Assembly (NCBI RefSeq): GCF_009834535.1
Contig: NC_045697.1
Coordinates: 76,634,001 to 76,698,000, forward strand
Reading direction: 5' to 3'
From: Camelus ferus
Lineage: Eukaryota
Length of the DNA stretch: 64,000 nucleotides
The position numbers and the translations under genes were made by a program. Within the stretch, counting starts at the first letter, position 1; each line of letters starts with the position of its first letter. Below the pieces are notes generated by a model that saw only the letters and a list, made by a program, of their open reading frames with translations, was not told the origin of the DNA and searched no databases. This document shows positions 14,390-25,500 of the stretch, in pieces.

Positions 14390-14434
14390 CTTTGGCCCTT
14401 GTAGTCCTTGAGGTCCAGGTGGTCCAGGGGGACC
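14390..14434 (-). CDS. COL25A1: COL25A1 exon, 45 nt, GPPGPPGPQGLQGPK (start of COL3)
   Basis: Gly-X-Y; acceptor ttttctgaatttag, donor gttatt. Confidence 0.94.
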
Positions 14435-15036
14435 CTAAATTCAGAAAAGACAAAGTTTTAAAAAGTAGCAAGTAAATGTATTAAAATGTATGTTTTAAAT
14501 AATAAGTACACTACACATCTCCCTAATTTCTATCATAATCAAATACCCTCTGGTACTGATTTTCAAAGAGGAAACATTTCACTGGTTATAGAATTATAAA
14601 AACTACCTACTTACATGCAAAAAACTGCAACACACTTAGGTCAAAATAATGCTTTAGAGTTGATCTGTAAGACAATGTAAAATTGCTGCTATGTCCCACC
14701 CTCATCTTTTCGGGTTGAATTAGCTTCCTAATATTACCTGTGTTTCTAGAAACACTTCTCCCCTCCCCTAACAAAGACTTTGATTTCCCAAACACTAAAG
14801 AACAAAGCCATATTATTAAGATAAGGCCAAAGACTTTTAAGAAAAATAACATTTTTTCCTGACTTTTCACTAAGCAAAGTGATCCAACTGGGACAAATGT
14901 TGTAAAAGGTTACTAAAATAAGAAAACATAAAATTAAATCTCAGATAAAAACAACTGCTACATTAGTACCATTATACCAGCATGCATCAACACCAAATAC
15001 AGTCACAAACCACAGAAATCATGCAATAGGAGTTAC

Positions 15037-15060
15037 CGTGACAGTTAAGGTGGTAATCCT
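15037..15060 (-). CDS. COL25A1: COL25A1 NC3 microexon, 24 nt, RITTLTVT
   Basis: Acceptor ttttcccaacag, donor gtaact; peptide matches recalled NC3 end (seen in ORF 15019..15204). Confidence 0.92.
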
Positions 15061-15400
15061 CTGTTGGGAAAATGTATTGATAAAGACAGAGTTACCTAAT
15101 TTGTGTGCCAAAGTACAAGTATACATTTCTGATATAATCAACGTTTTGACTATGTTTTGGCAAGATTGATGTCCGATAAGGAACTGACAAGATACTGAGA
15201 ACATATTATCCTATCTTCAAATAAATACCACAGATTGTAAAGATTCTTTGAAAAATTATTTAAAAAATTTTAAAATCTATGGATAAAGAAAAAAGAAATG
15301 TCAAAATTTTCATTGCCCTTATTTTTTAAAATTATGTAGTAAAATAGCATATACACTAGAGGTTAGTCAATTTGTGAATTTGTGCATATTTGTGAATATC

Positions 15401-15450
15401 GGTTAATACCATTACTTTCCCTTCTGGTTAATACCATTACTTTCCCTTCT
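15401..15450. repeat. Perfect 25-bp tandem duplication
   Basis: GGTTAATACCATTACTTTCCCTTCT twice. Confidence 0.95.
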
Positions 15451-15904
15451 AATATCCCAATCCAATTTCTAATTCAAGTTGTTGATACTGTTTTTTATTT
15501 TTCTTGTAAAAAATTATCTTACGTTATCTATCTCATTTCAAACACTCGAGTTTTTAGTGACATGGTGTCATCCTTAGAAAACAATGCATTTATGCATGTA
15601 TACAGATGGTTCATGTTTGTATTCTGCAATAAAATCAGCCACGGTCATTAGAGCTTCAGAGAAAACAGGGTATGAAAAAACAACCAGTGCTTCTAAGATA
15701 AAAGGCAAAATGGCCACAAACTGGGGGCAAGAATAGTTAAAAAACCAAGGCCCAGATTTTTATATCATCGTATCTATGTAACAGAAGATCCCACTTACTT
15801 TCCTTAAGGATTCACCTAGAGCAAGAGTTGAATTTATGGTTAAGAGAAGGTTACTTCTTTGCTCCTATATGGGTAGATGAGTCATTTAAAAAAGGCTATT
15901 AGAA

Positions 15905-15984
15905 CTGTAGTGTGCACTTAAGAATTTGTTAAGGGGGTAGATCTCATGTTAAATGTCCTTAACACACAAAAAAAATAAACATTA
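15905..15984 (+). mobile_element. 5'-truncated L1 3' fragment
   Basis: L1 3'UTR motif GTTAAGGGGGTAGATCTCATGTTAAATG, A-rich tail; TSD AAAAG(G/C)CTATTAGAA at 15890-15904 and 15985-15999. Confidence 0.7.
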
Positions 15985-16901
15985 AAAAGCCTATTAGAAA
16001 ATTATAGAGTAGAAATAATTTCTTTATTATTGCCTTCCAATTACATATTACATTTTTAACTAGAAAGCAAAATCATAAAACCTTAGAAAGGGAAGGGGTT
16101 TAAAATTCGAACTCTCAAAGATTTTCTACCCTGCGCCATACATGATTCATTTTCTACCTAAATACAAAACTAGTTTGTCTTTTCTAAAATTTAAGCGTAG
16201 CAACATTTTTATAATGAATTGCATAAATAAAAGAATATTATTATTGGTAACTGAAATATCTAACAGATGGAGTTTAAATAATCTTGTTAGATAAGTATAT
16301 TTGTGAAATCTGAAAATTACACAGGGCAAGTTTCACACTGTTAATAGAAGAACAAATGACAGAAAACTAAGCTAACTTCTCAGAAACATAGTTTTTACTG
16401 CTATCCTGAAGAACCAGTGTGCAGACACTCAGAGACACCCTAAAGATGTTGGCTCATTCTGGACTTCTTGTATCTGATTCCTCTACATAAACTCAGCAGG
16501 ATTCTCTGTTGAACTTCAGTTATGATTTGAAAACCAGAATTTTTGGTAGTGATGGAGAAAGACACGTTATTCTCCACTGAGGGGTGATGTGAAATGGGAA
16601 GCAGGAGTTAGAGCAACTGTAAATTGGTTGAGGGCTAGCAGGCTGCTTTGTGATTTTTTTTCTCTGAGATGCTTATGTGAATCTCTTTAGAATTAAAGGT
16701 TATTTTCTTTCACTTCTCATAATGATGCAAGCTTAAAATCACCCATGATTTACACTAGAGAACAGGTTTGGTTTATATGTTATTGAGAAATTTTAAAAAC
16801 TTGAGTTAGGAAATGAAAATGTTTTAGTGCTAATTGTGGAAACATAACCACCTTAAATAAAAATCAAAATAAACGACTTACAACAAATGTTCATGTAAAT
16901 A

Positions 16902-17548
16902 CACACATACCTCAGAGATATTGTGGGTTAGGGTTCCAAAACATCATAATAAAGTGAATATTTTAATAAAGTGAGTCACAGAAATTGTTGGTTTCCCAGT
17001 GCATATGAAAGTTATGTTTAAACTGTAGTCTACTAAGTGCAATAGCATTATGTCTAAAAAAAGTACATACCTTAATTAAAAAATACTCTACTGCTCAAGG
17101 ACATATCGTACAACAGAGGGAATATAGCCAATATTTTACAGTAACTATAAATGGAGTAAACCTTTAAGAAGCGTAAGTCACTATATTGCACACCTGTAAC
17201 TTATATAATACTGTATATCAACTATACTTCAATAAAAAATATTTTATTGCTAAAAAATGCTAATCATCATCTGAGCCTTCACAGAGTCATAATCTTTTTG
17301 CAATAGTAACATCAAAGATCGCTGATCACAGATCACCATAAGAAATGTAATAAAAGTTAACAAGTTTGAAATATTGTGAGAATTACCAAAATGTGACTCA
17401 GAGACATGAGGTGAGCAAATGCTGTTGGAAAAATGGGACCAACAGACTTGCTAGGTGCATGGTTACCATAAACTTTCAATTTGTTAAAAAAAAACACATT
17501 ATCTTCTAAGCGCAATAAAGTGAAGCACAATGAAAGGAGATACACCCG
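16902..17548 (-). mobile_element. Internally deleted Tigger1 derivative (TcMar-Tigger), interrupted by an L1 fragment
   Basis: Both ends resemble recalled Tigger1 termini; degenerate CAGGCATACCTC TIRs flanked by TA. Confidence 0.82.
17096..17234 (+). mobile_element. L1 3'-end fragment nested in Tigger1 derivative
   Basis: L1 tail CACCTGTAACTTATATAATACTGTATATCAACTATACTTCAATAAAAA; degenerate 17-bp TSD at 17079-17095 and 17235-17251. Confidence 0.78.
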
Positions 17549-17869
17549 TAACAATTTTCAATAGCGGTATCAGTGAAATTTTATGTTTTTAATGTGATAT
17601 TTTTATAACTGTAATATACTTTTATTTATCTAACTACCCCAGATTCTGTTGCAGATTTTTTTTTTTTTTTAAGAGGAGGCAGTAGTGAAATAAAATCAGC
17701 AAAACTGTGAATATCCATCACTGGTTAGAGAATTAGGAGAACAAATGTCTATTACTTCCTCTCAATCTAGTGGCTATTTAGCTTAGTTTATTTTGTTAGG
17801 GACTCTTAATCCCCTAGACAACTATGTTGAGAAAACAAATAGTTTTGATGTGAAAAAAATTACTATAGG

Positions 17870-17897
17870 TATTTATTTATTTATTTATTTATTTATT
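17870..17897. repeat. (TTTA)n microsatellite
   Basis: Direct reading. Confidence 0.9.
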
Positions 17898-19139
17898 TTT
17901 CTATAAGCTATTTATAAGCACAGCATATAGTTGCCTAAGCAATCCTTATAAGAATAAATCTTTAGGTTGAGATATAAACATAAACTAGTTGACAGTGATG
18001 GATACTGACTAGTTTACATTCATACAGAACTTGAGGTGAAAAAAGAAACTGAGCACATCTATCCTTTCATATCAAGATGTAAATGTGAGATTTTTTTTTT
18101 TAAAGGTCAGTGTGCTTAGGCACATCAACAAAGAGAATTCAGAAGTTCCTAAAAATAACCCTAAGCATAATATTAGAGTTTACGGACTCTTAGAAAAAAA
18201 TCTATTCCAAAAACATCCTCATTTTACAGATCAGGTCAATGAAGTATAGATATATTAAGTGATATCCCCCAAATGACTCAGCTAGTTACTAGCAGAGGGG
18301 GAATCAAAACAGATTTTGGTTTTAGACTAAGAGTAGCTTGCTTCATGCAGGGCTTTATTCATGCAAATGATGCTTTAAAACTCTTCCACAACTTCTCCAG
18401 AATGGCCATGGCCCATAACATTGGAGCAAAGCTCGGAAGGTAAGAGAGTGGATACCTCTTAAAGGTGGTAGTAAGAGTTATGGTGCCAATGGAAGCAGTT
18501 TAAGGGAAATTTACAATATTGCTAATGAAGTTGAAAGAAGTGTCCCTATACTTTTTAAGTAAGAACTTTGACAACATCGTAGGTAAACAAAACTTCTTGT
18601 TCTTTCTCTCTTTCTTTACACACACAGTTATCAACTTGTGGAGAAAGGGAACAACTTAGAAAACTGGTTCTAGAACTTGACAATAGCCCAGAGGCTACTG
18701 CTTGTGTCTAAACAAACTATACTGAGGAGTAAGTAACTCAAGCTGTTGACTGAACATACTGCCCACTCAATGTTTCTCCAAGCAGTAAGCATGCTTTGCT
18801 TTGTGCTTTACCAGAAGAAAAGAGAAAGAAAAGAACAGAAAAATAGGCTAAGCTGAAAACAGATTCTGTAAAAACTACTTAATAAATGCTTTACTAGTTA
18901 AAAATGATAGTTGTAACAAAGAACCCATAGAACTATAGATCTACCATAATTAGATAATGGTAGTGAAATCATATGGATGGAAAAAAACATTCAAACAAGT
19001 GCAAAATGGAAAATATTTAAAACAACAAATATAGCTTTCAAGCAAAGAAATGAATTGTGCATATGAACTAAGTATACTCACTAACTCAACCAGTAACAGT
19101 TTAATTACTATTTAGATGTCCAGACCTGGGTGGGGCACA

Positions 19140-20340
19140 TTGGAGGATGCAAATAAGCATAAGACATGTTTCCTGTCAACAAGTAATTTACACTCTGGTA
19201 AGGGGCAACATTGAAGTAAATTACAGTATTTAAGAATAATTAAATGTTAAACTACTGGGCCCTGACTGCTAATTGTTTAAAAGGATTAAGAACAGGAGCT
19301 CATCTGGGTGGCAGCAGGGGATTGCTGGATGGGATTTAGACGGATGAAAGAAAGAAAGAAAAAGGATGAACCAGGAAAAAAAAAAGGGAGGATTTTTATG
19401 AATATGATAAATATAGAGAAATAAAAAAATTCTATTCAGGAAAGGCAGGATTTTAGGGCCTTGAAAATCAGATGGAGAAGTTTGGTCTCAATAGGGTAGG
19501 CAAAGGGGTCACTTAGGCTTCTGAACAGATTAGAGTCATCAAAAATAGTGATAGTTTAGGAAAATTAGCCATGAGTGATATACAGGATAGATGAGAGGAG
19601 TAAGGAGGCACTGGGGGTAGAGGAAATGGTTAAGGGCTTATTGCAACATTAGACCTGAAATTATCAGGATGCGGACCTAGTTGGGAATGGAAAGAAGGAG
19701 GCAACCTTGACAGATACTTCAAAAAAGGCAACAGTAGCTTCTGTGAGATACAATGGATGAAGGACTAAGAATAGTTTAAAAATGACTCTGAAGTTTCCAC
19801 TGATAAGAAATCAGAAAACTTATGGTGTCATTAACTGGTGAATTAGGAAAGGGAGTCATTTGGTAGGTGGGAAAGGTAACCAGTAAATCGTGTGTACTGG
19901 TGGAAGTTGACAAGGCAGTGTTGCACTCACAGGGGAAATATTCCTGGAAAGGTAGAGTGTCTGCAGATCAGGCCTGGAGATGATAGACTTAACACGAGAG
20001 AACACTGAGGGAGTGACTGTACCAAGAAAAGATCAGAGACTTGAGGATTCTCCCAATTAGGGAACAGGCAGAGAAACTGGGAATACTAAAACAGAGTGAA
20101 TCCGTCAAAGAAGAAAACCGGAACATGAGAGTAGAGGGTACGAAAAACCAGAAAGAAAGATTCAAAAGGAAAGTGGTTAGTATAAATGTCACATAAAACT
20201 CAGGAGTGAGGAGTACAGTGGGCTTGACCTAGATGTTTATTGCTGACCTCTATAAGAGAAATTTCAACAAAATGATGATATAGGCTAGAACATAAGGATC
20301 TAAGTATGAAAAGGATGATTAGGAAGCAAAGGTGATGAGG
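19140..20340 (-). mobile_element. Highly degenerate L2-like LINE fragment
   Basis: Long GA-rich stretch with L2-like motifs (AAAAATGACTCTGAAGTTTC, ATGGTGTCATTAACTG); boundaries approximate. Confidence 0.45.
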
Positions 20341-20407
20341 ACAAGCCACGCAGTCTATGGGTTTTTACTTAATGAAAGAAAAAGCACTGAATGGCAGCAG
20401 TCATAAG

Positions 20408-20640
20408 AAGTACTTACAGAGGGTTTATTACGTGCCAGGCACTGTTCTAATACACAGTATGTATTTAGACATTTATTCCTCACAACAGCCCTATGTGTGT
20501 TTTGAGGCAGATACTGCTGTTGTCCTCATTTTCAGATGAAAAAACTGAGGCACAGTGAACTAAATAACTTGCCCTAGCTCATGCACTTAGTAAGCAAGAG
20601 ATTTGAACCCAGGCAGCTCCAAGTCCAGAGCCACAGGGCT
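20408..20640 (-). mobile_element. MIR SINE
   Basis: MIR core CCTCATTTTCAGATGAAAAAACTGAGGCACAG...TAACTTGCCC...TTTGAACCCAGG. Confidence 0.8.
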
Positions 20641-20930
20641 CTAAATGGCTTTGCTAGGCTCACTTTTTAAGCAAGGAGACAAAGATTGGCAAAACCAATA
20701 CAAGATTTAAACCAGAAAAGACTAAAGAATAACCTGAAGGTAGAGGGGAAAGAAAAGAAAAGATTGTAAAATGCCAAGATATTAGGAGGATAAACTGGGG
20801 CAGGGAGAAGATGGGTTAAGGAGTTCAGGGAGAAGGTGTGCTTTGAGCAGTGGAGTGCCTTTGATCTGAGGTGGGGGGACGAAGCTGATATTAACACACA
20901 CTACATGGGTCTCCTCAGCTTCATTGTCTC

Positions 20931-20956
20931 TGTGTGTGTGTGTGTGTGTGTGTGTG
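20931..20956. repeat. (TG)13 microsatellite
   Basis: Direct reading. Confidence 0.97.
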
Positions 20957-20988
20957 GCTGGCGGTGGGAGGGGGGAGTGGTCACTTGC

Positions 20989-21067
20989 CTGCAAGGCTTC
21001 GTGGAGGTTCGCCATTGTAGTCTATGATCTCGGTGGCTCCCTGATCCCCCTTTTGACCGGGTGGACC
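20989..21067 (-). CDS. COL25A1: COL25A1 COL2/NC3 exon GPPGQKGDQGATEIIDYNG[+1 nt]NLHEALQ; 79 nt, frameshifted as written; GC donor
   Basis: Acceptor tttttcatag; 57 nt read GPPGQKGDQGATEIIDYNG, then one extra base, then NLHEALQ; ends CAG|gcaagt. Confidence 0.92.
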
Positions 21068-21996
21068 CTATGAAAAAATCAACCAAGGGAAAATCATAGG
21101 GGTTAGATTAGGAAATATGAGGGACAAAAACAGAAATAGCAACATGCAGCTCTCTCTGACCATCAATTCTCAACTAATTCCCAACAGCTCCCAACTGCTT
21201 TTTAGAATAAGTAATCGTGTTCAAAGTTTGTCCTTATTTCAAGGAGGCAAACTGCTTCTAACTTCCTATCTGTGGAAATTAAAGATATTAAATTGGATTT
21301 AAAAAAAGATGGTTCAATCTTGAAAACTACTTTCTGAAAATTATAATATGTAGGCTAATCTGATTTGACTTGTAAGATTTTGTTGGCTTTACCCATATTT
21401 ATTAAAGCAACCCCTACCCACTTTCTCCCCATCTACAGCTCATAGAGGGCTTCCTCATTCTTCAAGAAGACAGAACACTGCATTGTAGGAAATGCTTGGC
21501 TTTCCCAACAGTAACAGAGTTCCATCACAACTGAACCAAGTAGAGAACAAATATTTTCAAGATGTCTACCTTACTCAGTAACTCTGCCACTGAATTTCCA
21601 TTAGTCTTGTCCTGATTCCCTGACTGTGTTTTTAAAAGGCTGAAAATGTGAGCTATTGCTTTCTTTATAATTGGGTTAACTGAAAAATGGAAAGTTCTAT
21701 TAGGTGGATGGCTGTGGGCCTGATATTGCTCATTTACCAGGGGGGAAGTAGATATAAAGAGTTCTCCAGACCTTCTTCTTATGAAGCTTATCTCATGTGT
21801 CAGAATCTACACACTCTTTGCTCTTGGTGACTACAGTGAAAAATAAGAAGAGGGGAGTAGCAGGAATAATCACAGAGGTCCACCTCCAGTGCTATTACTG
21901 GGTACCATTACTGCGAGTGCCTTGTGAAAATCCACATAGATACATACTTAAAATCTAGGCTGGTTGGAGGCGAAAGCATAGATGAGACACACTCAC

Positions 21997-22041
21997 CCTT
22001 GGTCCCAGGGCTCCAGAGTCCCCTTTGTCGCCACGATCACC
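21997..22041 (-). CDS. COL25A1: COL25A1 exon, 45 nt, GDRGDKGDSGALGPR
   Basis: Gly-X-Y; weak acceptor ctcttttcactggggaaag, donor gtgagt. Confidence 0.92.
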
Positions 22042-23597
22042 CTTTCCCCAGTGAAAAGAGAATAAATCTAATTAGCAGTGGGGCCAACAGTCTAGAAACA
22101 TCTTAAATCTAAGGATGCATTCAATGGCATACAAGCAGCACCTTTAATATAAACTTCTGAAGTGGAAGATAACAACCAGAAGAAGTACAATAACCACTGA
22201 CATGGCAAATGCTTCTTTAAGATGCACCTTAAAGTGAGTTAAATTTCCCCCTTCAGATGACAGAGTATCTTGAAACAACAATATATATGGTAACTTGCTT
22301 ACCAGGGATCTTCAAAAGCAAAACAAGTAGTTTCTATGACACCCAAAGTAAGCTTTTACCTCTTAGATTGAGCCTTCTTCTTATCTTTATATGAAGAGAT
22401 TTGGGGCAAAGGGACAAGAGTCAACAATTAATTGGGTTCTCTGAGAAGAAAAATGTAGGTAATCAGGACAGGGAAGGAACAGAGAGATCAATGGAGAGCT
22501 CATTCTAAGGAGACTTAGGAGGGAAAGGTCACCATTTGGCCTCCCTCTGATGATAAACATCTAAGGAAAAGCTCCCTGTAGGTACAGACCTCTTAGCCCT
22601 CAGGAAGCGCTGAAGTGGACAGCAGCTACATGGACCAGGTTGGCAGGGCTGAAGGTCAAGAGCAGGGCAAACTCAGCTCTCTCTTTTTTTTCAGTGCAGT
22701 ATGAAGAGTCTCTAAATCTCCATTTATGGTGCTATTGCTCCTCACCCCCACCCCTGGAAAGACACCAGGAATCGTCTAAGCCTCAAACTGCACATGCATC
22801 TCTCTGAGAACACTCAAAATTCTCAGAAGTCTAAACAGAAATTTTGGAGAAGAGATTTGAAACTGTGTAGATTTTGAAGGTTCTTTAAAATAGCCTGAAA
22901 TTTATAGAGCCCTTTTCCTAAATAGAATACAAATCATTTTTATACGTCTTTCTAAATATTCCTATAAACTGGATAAGGACCAATGAAGATAAGCAGGAGA
23001 CGGGATTATAATTTTTTCCATCCACGTTATGCTAATAACACTGACCCTAATAATTAAATTTGCTGTGAATGGGGAGTTAATAATTTCTACTCTCAGCTTT
23101 CTCCACTTTTCCATATTATTAGCTAAAAGCATCTTAAATAACATGCTTCTGCTACTAGTACATGTATATATATGATTATAGGTACTATAGAGAGCACAAT
23201 AAAGGAGAGAATTTAAATTGGTGGTGAAATTTTAATGCACCTGACTTTAAAGCAAAGCATAATTTGAACATTTATCACAAGGATAGCCAGGAAATAAAAA
23301 ATAAGATTATACTATTCATAAATTAAATATTTAATTTTTTCTGAATTAGCTACTCTTATGAAACAGGAAATACAATTTCTCTTAAAGAATGGTCTGAAGC
23401 ACAAGAACACAAAAACAAACAGATGAAATAAACAAATTAATTGTTTGGAGATATGGAGATATCATCATAGGGACGAAAGGACTGCAATTCCAGCGTGTGA
23501 AAGAGTTTAATCTAAAACATGATCCTCTGCGGAAGAGGCAGAGAACACAGCTCTTGAAGGCCTCCTGTTACATTAAAATGGTTACCCAGTTACTGAC

Positions 23598-23642
23598 CTT
23601 TGACCCCTTTGGGCCTCTAGTTCCTGATTCACCTTGTTTCCC
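23598..23642 (-). CDS. COL25A1: COL25A1 exon, 45 nt, GKQGESGTRGPKGSK
   Basis: Gly-X-Y; acceptor cttctataatag, donor gtcagt. Confidence 0.94.
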
Positions 23643-24447
23643 CTATTATAGAAGAACACAAAGATGAAAAAGAGAAAATGACAGAGGGAGATAAGAACAG
23701 AAAAAAGAAATTAGCAGTGACTCAGAATAGTGAAGAAAAATGGAAACACTTTAACTGCCTCAATATATGGCTGTATATAATGTAGGCTGTTGTAACATTA
23801 AACGTAAGTATTACCACCATGTCATTAGTTCATTCCCTGGTCCCTCCACCAAACTCCATTCTATTATAAGTCTGAAGACTGTCCACCCATCAGTGGATGG
23901 GAAGAGTTCTGCAAATAATTCTCATTAGTCTCAACAGTGTTTGCATAAATTTCCTTTACATCAAAGAGTAAATCATCTCCTGTGTCTCTAGGATGAGTTA
24001 CTAAAATAAAGTGTTACCATATTAGTTTGCAGGATGTTTAGAGGAATAAATTGAACAGTCAAATAAATCCTTAGTGCTCATATTTTCAAGGTGTTACACA
24101 CCATCAAGTTACCATGGAAACGAACACAGCACGTATCCACATTTTCCTCGGTAGGTTTTAATATACACTGAGTGGTAACGTGTTAATGTGTCAGTACCTC
24201 CCTCTATACAGTGAGATGTGTTATTAAATTTGTTGCCTGGACAGAAGAGAGTAAAGTGGAAAAGCTGAATTGTAAAATCCCTTTTAGAAAAGAAACCAAT
24301 TAGTGGGCATTTCAACAAATTATTTGTGATTTTGGCTGTTTTAATACCCGTTGAGTAATTTTATTTTAGTTTCATGTTCTAAAGAAAATAAAAGTAAGCA
24401 CACTTCCAAACCAAAGAATGTTGTTTTTCAATGTAAGAATCACTGAC

Positions 24448-24516
24448 CTTTGGTCCTGGGGCTCCAGGTTCCCCTCGATCCCCTCTTCCAGGAGGCCCTG
24501 CCTCTCCACGTTCACC
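24448..24516 (-). CDS. COL25A1: COL25A1 exon, 69 nt, GERGEAGPPGRGDRGEPGAPGPK
   Basis: Gly-X-Y with one G-R-G imperfection; acceptor tttgtgacag, donor gtcagt. Confidence 0.94.
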
Positions 24517-24865
24517 CTGTCACAAATTGCAAAATAGGTCAATGGCAACTCCCCTTCCTGCCAGGGTGGTCCCTGTAGATAAATGAGTGAGCTGAATAAA
24601 ATCAATGAAAGCAGAAAGTTACCGTATATCTACCATGTTCTCAGCATCGCATTAATCTCAATAGGGATCATCTCACTGAATAATCAAAACAATTATTCAA
24701 TGTTTGTATTTTCATTTCCATTTTATAGACAAGGAAATGGTTTGGTAAATGCCTGTCAGATACCTATGTTCTGGTAAACAGAAAGACCTTTAAAAAGAAT
24801 TGATAAGGGACAGGAATGGACATAGTTCTCAGCAGCCCCCTTTTTAAGATCTATCAAGAGGAAGC

Positions 24866-25060
24866 ATGGTGAGATGACTAACTGCCAGGCTTGTAATTTC
24901 ACATCCTGGCTTTAATCTTGTTACTTACCAGTTCCTTGTTTCGGGGAAAGTTAATTAAGTTCTGAAAGCCTCAGTTTCCTCTATAAAATGAAGAAGATTA
25001 TAGTACCAATTTCATAACTTAGAAACGAAAAGTGCTCAGTGTGGTACAAGATGCTTAGGT
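24866..25060 (+). mobile_element. MIR SINE
   Basis: AAGTTAATTAAGTTCTGAAAGCCTCAGTTTCCTCTATAAAATG core. Confidence 0.6.
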
Positions 25061-25354
25061 GTTAAAGCTTTTACTGTTTTTATAGCTCTGGGAAGGAAGA
25101 TCACGGTCATTGCCCTCAAGGAGCTAGTGATCTAATTAGACAGATAAGATCCTCATGAACAAAACAGTTAGGAATTAAGGTGTAACGTAAGGCCATATGT
25201 GAGAGAAGAGGAAGCCCCGTAGGGTTTTCAGCGGTTCATACTGACTTCTGGTTGGTCACGTCCTAAAGGATGGGTAGGGTGTATTTTATAATTACTACTG
25301 TTTATGGCTGTGTTATTTATTGATGAGTGCAGGAACTGAACAAAACACTTTAAT

Positions 25355-25500
25355 TATCCTATTTAATCCTCAGGACAAATGAGAATGGTGTTAATATCCA
25401 TAGTCTACAGATAAGGAAACTGAAGCACAGGGAGGTTAAGTAACTTTCCCAAAGACTTTAAAGTAGGAGAGCTGTAATTTAGAACTGATTGCACTCGGTT
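25355..25500 (-). mobile_element. MIR SINE
   Basis: TACAGATAAGGAAACTGAAGCACAGGGAGGTTAAGTAACTTTCCCAA core. Confidence 0.7.

Noticed and set aside
20989..21015. ATG in strong Kozak context (ACAATGG) placed in frame with downstream exons by the extra base
   Set aside because: It lies deep inside the CDS with no promoter evidence and the product would lack the membrane anchor; a by-product of the insertion
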